From: Lingula anatina
Lineage: Eukaryota; Animalia; Brachiopoda
Direction: 5' to 3'
Assembly: GCA_051362555.1 (NCBI GenBank)
Contig: CM120640.1
Location: 10,106,001 to 10,170,000 of the forward strand
Length of the DNA: 64,000 nucleotides
Under the pieces are notes generated by a model. It made no database searches, had not been told where the DNA came from, and worked only from the letters and a program-made list of their open reading frames with translations. A program made the position numbers and the translations under genes. Numbering within the stretch: position 1 is the first letter of the stretch; each line of letters opens with the position of its first letter. This document shows positions 27,001 to 39,000 of this stretch, piece by piece.

Positions 27001-30000
27001 TTTATTTCTTTAATAGAATCTTGTATACAGGAGATATATACCTTTGTGGTGACATCCTGTCCTTGGTCCCCCTGACCATAGCCTCCATGCTGTCTATCTG
27101 CAGTTCAAACACTCTCACTGGGATAATATTCCTCTCTGTCATTAGGTCAACCTGCTTCTTGGTTATAGGGAAGCCATCCAAGACATAACTGCAAAAAGAG
27201 AAGGATCAATATATCAATAACCTCAGTTTCTATTGAATATATATCATCACTTCTTAAAAAAAGAAAATAAATGCTGTTATACAATGCACCTTATGATTTT
27301 CACTGAAAAAGAAAAATGATTATAATCAAATCATAGATGCTTTATTTCAACATCAACATTGGGAAATACAATACATATTAAAATTATCAGTTTTCCATGT
27401 GAGAATTTACAGATGACAGGTTAGAGATGTTACTAACTCCCCCCATTTGGCTATTCTCTTGTTTTAGTCATTACAAAACTCACCCTCTGGTTGAACACCT
27501 GACGTCCAGCAGAGTGACGTCCAGTGCCTGGACAGCCAGCTCATCTGGGACAGTTAAACCTTTGGTCAGATGTGCCTTGATGCTGCGTGACAATTCACTC
27601 TTGGGCTGATGGTCAAGCACATTTCTTATAGCCTCTCCAATGGACAGTCTCATACAGCCATATATCTCGGCAAACCTCTTAGCCACTGGAATATTAGAAT
27701 TATAATTATTTTTTTAAAAAGAAGAGTTTTACCTCTTCTACTGGAAAGTCAGGTACAAGCAAATAATTTCACTCCTAAAACCTGACTGTCATCCTGACAC
27801 CTCTCAACATACACACATACAGGCCTGGGCATCCATGTTCTCTTTCTCTCTCTCTCTCTCACACATACACATGCATGCACGCACACACATCTTCCCAATT
27901 CTTTAATCTCTATTCTTATTTTTATTTGTCACATTAACACAACTAACCTGTGGTTTTCCCAGACTTGGGTGGTCCAGTGATGGCCATCCTGATGGGCACC
28001 ACAGGTTTGGGTGAGGGCTGGGACAAGTAGGACATGGGGTCCTGCATGAAGGCATCCCTGTTGTCTGTGTCAGCAAAGAAATAGATGTGCTGCCTGTAGA
28101 TACAGGGATATAGGTTGTAACCTGGTCCCTGCATTGGCTGGATGCACTCCCCATCCTTCAGCTGAAACAATAGAGTATATATTGAGTGCACAATAATATT
28201 CTAGGGGGTGGTTATATGTTTTAACTGTTTAAAGGTTTTTGTGCAGACATTTAAGATCTATTTGTCACAACAATGATAAATGAACTTTACAAATAAAGAA
28301 TCATGGGCGGACAGAGTCCCTTCTTACCTGCACTGGATCCCAGCGTCCAAATCTACTTGGGTGTTTGTATCCCATTGTTAGCATCTTGATGGCCAACTTT
28401 TCATTGATGGAATAACACCGCTCAAACATGCTATGCCTACTGGTCACATAGGGCTTCAGCTTCTTGGATAGGAGGTATCTCACTATGTGTGGCTTACGTC
28501 CCCCTTCTATCTCCAACCGTGGTATCATGGCTTCCTCCAATGCAGCCTTTATGATTGAGAAACATTTTCAAATTAACAAACAAATGACTATAAAGAAAAA
28601 ACTAATAAAGACATATGAATGAATTTTTTTTCATCTTGGACTTATTGATGATAACAAATAAAATCAAAGGCACTTACAGAGAAGATATCTTCACTCTTTA
28701 ATAATCTTTTAAATGCTATTCATAACATATTATAAAATTTTAAGTGGTCTTTAAATCTTATTAAATGAATTTTTTACCTGTGCAGCTTCCAGCCTGTTGA
28801 CATCATTATCATACACTTCTGCCATCTCATTTTTAATTCTATCTCTGGCATCTTCCTCTAGCTCCTCCTCATCTTCCTCCTCCTCCTCCTCTTCCTGAAA
28901 GTATTAATATTGCATAAGTTGTGGATTACTCCACAGATCAAAACAGAGACAAACCAGCACAGAATCTGGACAGCTATGGGTTAGCTTGAAAAAAATTCAG
29001 TTTCAGCTTTAACAAGTGACTGTAACGTGAATGTGTAGCCCACTCATGTTGGTAGCCCACTCATGTTATGACACGGGTACTTTGTACTTTTTATGGCCAA
29101 AAAGAGATTTAACTCTGCCTTCACCTCAAATTCTTCTGCCAAGATTGCATCAATGTCCTCCTCCTCTTCATCCTCCTCTTCTTCTTCCTCCTCCTCAGCC
29201 TCAGACTCATCTGTATCACCACCACCTTTCTGGGCCTAGAAAAAAATAAAGCAATCACAATAAATTATACTGTATATCAACTGGGTAAATTCCTTATTCA
29301 TTTTGATCACTACACTTCATTTCGCCTCACTTCACTGCACATCACACATTATCTGAAGTAAAATGTCAGAAATGAAAAACAGAATATAGATTAATAACAA
29401 TGTATAAATACTTCCAAAAACAATTACTGACACACACACAAAAAATACTTTTCAGCTAACCAATTTTTGAAATAAATAACTAAAAAGGAAAAATTCTCAA
29501 TAATGCACTTTTTTTCTTCTACCTTCAATATTCTTTTAAGAGTTTCCTGGTAAGTATAACAATAAGAGTTTGTTAGTGCATACATATTCAGTAAAGTGTG
29601 ACTCACCCACAGTGCAACCTTATAAACCTTCCCCCTTAACATATTTTGGAAAATAACATATATGGTTTTAAAGCAAGGAACCATTATAGCTCTTATTCAG
29701 AACACAAGATAAAACTGATAAATACCTTTCTCTCTGTCTTATTTCCATTAACATATTTGGAATAAAACACATGGTCTTAGTTTAAAAAAGGCATTATACC
29801 AGTAGCTTTTCTTTAATACACAGGATTAAACTGATTAATACCTTTCTCTCTGCCTTTTTCTCCTCACGCTCCTTCACTAGCTCTGCTCGCCTCTTTGCAA
29901 TCTCAGCTTCCTAGAAAAAAAGCAACACATTAAACATCAACCAAAGACATCCTACAGCAACAAACACTGAAACACAGATTTAGCACATTAAACCCAAAGA

Positions 30001-33000
30001 TTTTATTAAATGAGGAGACATAATATATAATGTAATGGAGACTTCAATTTTCATAATATCTGCCATTCCAAGTTTACTGTTAAATTCCATGTGAAGGACA
30101 AACATGTACAAGAAGTGTTACATACATGTAAATCTGAATCAAAGTACAAAGATGCAGAAAAAAAATCATTCAGATGTAATAAACTCACCCTTTTCTTTTT
30201 GGCTTTCTCTTTCTTCTTCAGCTTCTTTGCTATTCTCTTATCTCTTTTGATTCTCCATTTGTCTAGCTTTGGAGGGAGCAGTCTGGCAAAAACATCCCCA
30301 TCTTCAACCAGGAGAATGACTGCTGCATCAGGGAACAGACCCATTTCTGCTAGCCAGCGAGCCTCATCCTCTGTCCTTGGGAAGCCCTCCATTATAAAAC
30401 CTGTGTTCCTGTAAACATACAATATATGGGTATTATTGACATGAATACATGTACGAGGGCAGATGTCTTTGGGATATGATTTCTGATTCTCTAGAATAAG
30501 GCAGTAATTGCAGCAATATGTTCATTGTTATACAGTTCTCATGTTTGTTCAAATCCTGTTAATTTGACAATATTCTATGCTAACATAAGGGCATTTTTTT
30601 TGCATTTTTTTATTAAAAATTATTCAAATATCAAAATATCATACAAGGATGTCAGAAACTATACACAAGAACAATTACAGGCTCCACAGGTTCATGCTGT
30701 ACCCCAATGATTCTGAACATGTTTGAAGTAAAGATGTCTGTTTAAGTTTATAACCTACTTGAATGGCTCTTTATTCCACCAGTCAGGTACAATCTTCTCC
30801 AGGACATCAGAGGGCAGACTTTCCTCACTCTCCAAATAGGCTTTGATTGCCTCCTCATCCTCTGTGAATTCTACCTCCTGTTCTTCTTCCTGTGTGATAA
30901 AATGAGAACCATATAGAGTTTCATTGTGGATATCAAACAAAAGATCATGCAAAATCAATCAAAACACTCTTATCATTCATCATGATGCAACAAATTTTAT
31001 ACACACAACATAGCAACAACAGTGATTCGATTACTACACATTATACACAGAACATGGGAAGGCAATAAAAAGTTACAGCTTCAGAAAAAAAAACTTGTTA
31101 TGTATTGTTTCCATTGGAAGAAAGGCAATCTCTGTCAAACCAAGCATACACTGCATACTAAAGAAATGTGATTTTAAAATATTGGTGTCACTTCCGTCAC
31201 AAAATTCCATGTAAGTATAGTGAAAAACATAAATAACAACAGCTGCCATCTCTTGAACTGAATACCATGGATCCAATATACTGGGTCCTAGAGTAAATCA
31301 AACAAACTGTAAGTCTTTTCATTAGACTCAAAGCAATGACAAATCAAGAGGCTCACAGCTCAGAAAGTAAGGTCTTATCATTCCATGCAAAAGTCAAGGA
31401 CAGACAAAAATAAAATCCTCACTGCAATGAATTTCAATATAATGCAGAAAATAAATAATCTGAAATAAAAGTCTCATTCCAAAGAAATCAGTGACCTTTT
31501 TCTTCTTCTTTTTTTCTGCCTGCTCTATTTTGAACAAAGTTTTTGCAGACGGCTGCTGAAAGCGAATTCTACGCTTGTGAGGCACCTCAGTTTCTTCCTC
31601 TGCCTCAGGAGAGGATTCCTCCACATCTGTGGAGCTTTCTACAGGTGGTTCATCCCCTCCACTGGACCCTGTTGTTACCTCATCAGTAACTGAGGTGTCC
31701 TGTGTCAGTAATCAGGTAAAAAGTCACAGCATGCAAGATTAGTCTATGTAGTGTATGTGCCAGAGCTCTTTTCATATTACACATTAAGTTAGATGACACA
31801 CATTATTGAATTCTTACATAGGATTCACAATCTATCAATGTTAGTGGCATTCTGACAGTGCTACCTGAAAGTTCAACTTCTGTGAAAGACCCCAAAATTC
31901 AACATAATTATATATATAAATACCTATCTTTATATCAACATACTTTAGAATATTGACTTAGGATGAACTGTATTTAGTTATCCCAAATAACAAAGTTTAA
32001 GAAATATTTTCGGGAGTGGAATAAAGATATTAAGGACTACAAACTCTCTCACCTTTGCCTCCTCTCCTGCTTCCTCCTCCTTCTTCTCCTCTACAGGTAC
32101 AGCAGTTCCATCTGGAGCAGTGATACCAGCGCCCTCTGTCTCTTCCTCCCTAGAAACACACATCAACCAATCAATTCAATATTTGCTCACACGAGAATGA
32201 ATCCAAGGACAGAATTCAATAAACTTGCACACTTTTTATGCTGCATCCAGGTATGAAAGCTAGTGTATTTCAAGTATATCATGTTATTTTGTGTTGCATG
32301 CATTGAAAAAATCTGTGGAAAATATGATATAAAAGTGACTGACTACATGCATGAATATTCAAAATTGAATTTTTCATGAATCTCTAACAATTATAAATAA
32401 GTTAGGCATATGACTTAAACTTAAAGTCAAGTAAAAACATTGTACATTTAGAAACCTAGTCCTGTTCTCTTTTACTTACTCTTCTTCCTCCTCCTCTTCT
32501 TCTTCTTTATCATCCTCATAGTCTGGCCCAATCTTTCTCTTTGTTTTGGCAATGATCAGTTCTTGCAGCCTTTCCTTGAAGTCTATGTGGAACAGACCCA
32601 TTTTCTTTGCTAGGTGGCGCCCATGTAGACTTTTACCAGCACCTTTTGGTCCCAGTATTAAGAGACGGATGGGTGGGGACTAGAAAATAATGTTTATAAG
32701 ATATGTATTAAGTAAAATAAAGTGTAACTGACTGTGTTTATTTTTTATTTATTTATTTATTTATTTTTTTGAAGGTGGGGTATTAATATGAAAATATAAT
32801 ATGAAAAAATATGGAGGATAAAGATATCAGTGCTGGGGGTGGGGAAGGGGAATGCTGTTGAATGGAATATTTAATTCTAAGTTAAAACTGTTGTAATGTT
32901 TACATTTTGCATGCAAGAGTAATTTCATTTATAATGTACAAAATAAGTGTGCATATAGTATCACAGCAACATGATGTTTACATTGATTTTACATATTATC

Positions 33001-36000
33001 CTAATCTAATTCTATTGGTTATTATATTTACATTATAATCTATTGTATATGTACAGTAAGAGGACCCTAAGAAGAAACCCAGTGAAATGTTTAACAAAAC
33101 TTTTAGCAGAACTTTTGATAACTTACATTGAGTGGCTTCTGGTGGGGTAAATATTCCTCGGGACTCTCCAAAAACTTGACTCTGGCCTCATCATTGGCCA
33201 GGTAGTAGACCTTCTCCCTGTACTTGGCTGCACACTCTGGGTTACCTGGCCACAGCACAAACTTCTCCTTCAAACTGACAGGACAGAAGTGGTTGGTGTC
33301 TCCCAGGGGCTTCTTCTTGTTGCGGTTGGGATCTTCTTCCTTTTTTAAAAAAACAAATTAAACATTTATAATATCATTTAAAACATATACTAGTAACGCT
33401 ATGTAATGTAAAGTAACTTAACTGACCTATATAGTTTTGTAAGGAAAAAGTGAGTGACTTTTACAATGCTAGACAGTTTTTTATTAATTGGCAAGGCTTG
33501 TAACAAACCATTATCAATTTAAAATTAGTTACCAATTTGCACAACAAAGCATACTTACCCCCCCCCCCCCAAAAAAAAAAAAAAAAAGGTAGTAGTGCTT
33601 TTCATAAAAAAATAGCACTGATTAATGAACAAGGTAATCTTACAAAACCAAATGGAAAGGGTAATTTTGATCTGTGGACAATGTACATTTTATAAGAAAT
33701 TGAAAGACATTCCAGTGAATAGTGGAAGTTTGCTCAGTATAAATTCACCAGAATTGTTGTGAATACGGATCAGTGATGGAAATTAAGTTTTGTGCAAGTT
33801 TGGAGGATTTTAGCATCAAATGAACATGTGAGGTGCAACCTGCACCAAGAAAGGGATCAGAGATGAGAGGGAAACTTGACAGTATATCTGAAAATAGTTC
33901 TCATAAATAATATAGTGATGAAGTCAGTGCTTCGAGTAAAACTCATCAGACTGTAAACTTTTTCAGGCTTGAGTAACAAAAAATTTGAGTAAATAAATAA
34001 ACAAAAGATGCTGTCATTTTGGTGCTTTTTGGTAAATAAACTGTGGTGATCATGTTTCTGTCAGAAGGAAATGTGCCAGGACAGACAATATGATACCTCT
34101 GTCTTTAATAATGGGTTTGGCTCTTTGTCAGTCCTAGTAGATTCTCTGCCAATTATGGATGACTGATTGAAAGCACAAACGTGATAAAAATGGAAGTCAT
34201 GTTGCACTACACAAACTTTTATTTAAATTGATGAACTTTTCAATTATGTGCTAAATGGAAATTCTAACTTTCAACATGCAGAATAAATAAGAAAGCTCAA
34301 AAAAGTTAGTCATCCCTGAAATGTTGTTTCAACATTAAAAGTCTCTGCATCATTTTTTTCTGGTTATAAATAGATTCAAAGCACTAAATTAATTGTACAA
34401 AACAACAAAAAATGAGGTCTTATTGTAACATGCAGTTTTAATCACATGCATGTTTTAATCACATATTCTAAATTCCTGAATATACCAGGAAAAATAAGTT
34501 ATGAGAACAGTTTTTGACACATGACAATTGTTATCAGCAAAGCAGATGACACTCACCTCTCCCTCTTCCTCCTCTTCCTCCACCTCACCATCTCCTGTAT
34601 CATTCTCAAGGTCCTCTTCCTCCTCATCTATGTCCATTCCAGTGTATTCCCAGCCCTGGTATTTGAACCGATCTGAATAGAAAAACACAAAAATTACCTA
34701 TAGTTTTGTTACTTTTTATGGCATTTTTTTCTTTGCGAAATCTGCCTACCCTTTTACATATATTAAAAATTACCTATTGTTAAATAGTTCAGGTTTAAGA
34801 CTTGTAAAAATTATTGCTTTTCCCTTTAACCTTTTTAAAACGTGTTTCAGCCTTTTTGTAATAACTATATGTTGCCCTTTTTGACATTTTGGCAGTTTTA
34901 TCTTTAAAATATCAGCTTTCTAATTATATACTAAAAGTAAGAATGTAAAATACTTACGTTCTAAATTTTTCAATACTTCTTCAAAGATTTCTTCCTCCTT
35001 ACGGACCTCAATCTCTACCATAACTGGTTCCACAGCTGTACTGCCTGTGATGATACCAGACATGGCAGGCCACTCACGGTCAAAATCCTTACGTTTCTCT
35101 CTTTGAGCATCAACCTCAGGACCATCTGGTGGCATGGGGTCCTAGAGAATCAACATAAAGCCAGGTTTTAAAAGTTGTATTTTCACATAAGACAGGACAG
35201 TAGGCAGGGAAAGGGGATTAAATTTGCTCAAAAGAGAACTGCCCCTTGGCTATAAAGGTCCACTATGAATCAAAATTTGATCTATGTTCTATGGTAGTTT
35301 ACAGGTTGGGTCAACTAAGGGAGTTAAATTGCCAGCTACAGCCAGTAAGACAAATCACATCATTATTGTGCTGTGGATTTCATTTTATCAATACTCACTA
35401 GATTAATGATTGAATAATCCTTGACCTCTTCTTCTGCTGAAACATTTCAAGGATGTCATGAGGCAAGCCCATTGGCAAGAATGTTATATATATATTATTA
35501 TCATATATATATTACAGAGAAAAACATAAATATATTAATTTGTTGAACAGTTATGCTAGCTATCCACAATAACTTGTTTCTAAACTATGATATAAAAACA
35601 TCCTACTAATACAACTGATAAACCCACAAATAAAAGGAGATCTAAAAGCCCTTATCAGTTGTGCACAACAAGAAAAAATATTACAAATGGAAGAAAAAAG
35701 AACCTAATAGATATGATAATTACATATTAAATATTCATTTTTCCATCTTTCATATAAAATGTGCTTGAAATTATGGCATTCATGTAATATCTGCTTGAAA
35801 TTATGGCATTCCACTTGGTGAAATGGCAATGAAGTCTTGCTAACTTTACTAAGGTTCTATTCCATAACTAGTGGTTTCATGGACACTGGCAGATCCAGGA
35901 TTTTGCTTAACAGGAAGTGGGGGAGGGGGGTATCTCCAAAGCTTAAGAAGGGACCAGTGCCCACTGTGACACAACCTGGATCTGCCACTAAGGAACTATA

Positions 36001-39000
36001 ACAGTGCAGGGTGGCAGGGGTGGTGCCTGTACCTTCTGCAGACTGATCAATAGTGGGGGTGGGAGGGACAGTTTCTGCTTTTTCAGTTACTGCCTCCTCC
36101 TTCTCAGCTTCCTTCTCTTCTGGCTCTTCAATTTTTTCCTGACTTTCTTCAATTTTTTCCAGACCTTCGCCAGCTTCAATCTTTTCAGTCTGACCTTCAC
36201 TTTCAGGTACTTTTTCTCCCTCTGTTAATCAAACAAACACAAAATAACAAAATGCTTAAATGAATATTTTAAAAAAGCTGAAATAGCATCTAAGAAATAA
36301 AAAATAAAAAAAGTACCGAAAAATAAATTACTAAAATAAAATCTATTTGGATCTTGAAAAAAAAAAAGATAAATAAAATAAATGCATTCACAAAAGAAAA
36401 AAAAAAGAATATTATAAACTGAATTATGAACAGAACATTAAAGAACAAACAAATATTACAACTACTAGTAAAGGAAAAACGTGGGATCAAAATGCCTTCA
36501 GTGTGCAGATTTTGATGCATATTTTTACAGGACTAAGCGAACATTGCAGGGGAAGGAAAACTGACAGGTGTTTAATATGCTGTTAGCTAGGTGTGACATT
36601 TAGGTGTATTGCCTTACAATCACATGATTCTTATTTGCAAGAGCAATGAATATTTTACTGTACACACAAAAATACTGCAACTACATCTAAGTATGTTAAT
36701 AATCTTGGGCTCACTCAAGCCTTTTTTTACTGTCCAAACACAATTTTTTTACAAACCAAGATAAATTATGACAACCAATTATTATTATATTTTTTTTTTT
36801 GGTCAAATTAACATTTCCTGGCACTTAGCTGTAATTTCATGAGCCCAAAGCATTAACAATTACACATACCTAATATTTCTAGGCAGACTACAATATTTGC
36901 CAGTTTTGTTCTAAGTACATGCATATGACTAAATTCATTAAATGAGCATTACAAGAAAATCTCTAAAAGTTATTAAAATATGCAAAGGCATACATTTGTG
37001 CATATGAGACATAATCTACTTCTAAACAAAAGGTTAGTCTCCTAAAATCAGGCCATGGATGCATAAGACAGTTAAATTGAAGTGCAGTGGGTAAGGCTAC
37101 AATAAACTAGTAGGTCACAGAAGCAGAGAAGGGTTTTTACAGCAGTAGCATAATTTGCAACATCTATTTATATTCCACACAATATGTAAGTATGCTGTTG
37201 TTTGCAGCATCATTGAAAAGTCAGATAATACATATAAGTGAACTGCCTCTGGACTAGTATTATTAGTATGCTTCTACGGGCCCATTCCCAATGAAACTAT
37301 CATTCTTTGCAGATCGATCCAACTTCATGGAGACTCTCACTGAATGTAATCAGATTAACGCACCTCCTGGAGTTAAGCAGAATACAAAAAAGCTGATGTT
37401 ATACAAGTAAGTTGGAAACAAGAGGAGGTGTGTTTATCTGTTAATGATTGCATTCAGCAAGAGTCCCCACAGAGTTGGATCGATCTACGTAGAATGATGG
37501 TTTCATTGGGATTGAGCCTTATTACAGGCAAAATCTACATAATGCATAATCTTATATAACAAGGTGTTTCTTCTGACTAGTTAGCATGGTTTACAGCTAA
37601 AGGAAAACGCAAACTCCATAAGAGAATAATTTGTTAATTATTACTTATGTTATATGATCTATATATTTTATCAAAAGTCTAAACAATATACAGTATTAAG
37701 AAACTATATACTAAAGACATGTTAGCCCTATAGGACTGGTCTACAACAGATATCTAATTCTATAGGAAGACCTCTAGCCTCTATACTAGGAGGTACCTTG
37801 AACAGACTGTCTGTCTGATTCACCTGTCTCAGCTGGTTCACCAGCTATTTCACCAGTGTCTGTTTCATTAACTGTTTCCGACTCTATATTCAAATCAGTA
37901 AAGAAAATTTAAAAAATGGACATTTTAACCTTTTATTGTCAAATTATAATACTAAATTTTATAGTACATGGAATCCTATTTTTCTGTTAAATGCAGTAGT
38001 GATATTAGAGATATGTATGGACGTAATGTCAGACACAATAGAAAAAAAAGGAATGATCAAATATTTATCCAGTTTTTCTGAGAAATATCAAAGTGACATA
38101 TTTATACCTTCTGGGATTTCTTCTCCAGCCTCAATCTTTTTCCTACGCTCTTCTTCTTTACGTTTCCTTTCTTCCTCCTCAGCTAAACGCTTCTCTTCTT
38201 CAAGCTTACGCCTATAAAAATTCACAAAAAAGAGAAAAAATATGACAAGGAACTTTAAGTAGGTCTCTAAGTGTCATTCTGAGAAATTTGACAGGAGAAA
38301 CACACACCACATAGTAGGCAGCAACAGGACCAAAACAAACATTTACCTTTCAAAAAAATGTTAACAAAGAAGTTAAATAAGAATATAAGTTTAAGTAACC
38401 TATTTTGATATCAACTGATTTATTTTTATGTTAATACATCAGTTATAATTACTGATGATAAAATCTTGATGAACATGTTTGAATTATCTCATTCTATAAG
38501 GCAAACCAAGCAATTCTGGTAGGTCTTTGGTGACATCTGGTTGCTTTTTATACAAAGTCAAAAACGCATAAGGATAAACATAAACCAAAGGTCCATTTCA
38601 CACTAAATAAATCCAAACAAATACCATGCAATAACCAGTAAATCAATTAATTTCAGTCAAATAAGTAAATTTATAAACCCAATCCACAATGAAAAATTTC
38701 AGTTGAATTTTTTATTTCTTCAAAAGAAAGCAATCCTCAAGTATGCATGCAGTTGTTACCTCTTATTATACTTCCTTTTTTGAGACTCTGGCATTTGTTC
38801 AACTGCTTTTCTATAGGGCATATTGAGGTATATAATAAGTTTGAATAATAAACTGAATAAGCAACAGCAAAATTTGTGTGCTAAAGCAGTAAGAGATGAA
38901 GCTGGTAATGTCAATATTGTGGAACCAAAATTCTTATACTTTATGTAAATTAAAAATTACAGTACATCTGTACTGCTGGGTGACATACGTGTAGTATACT

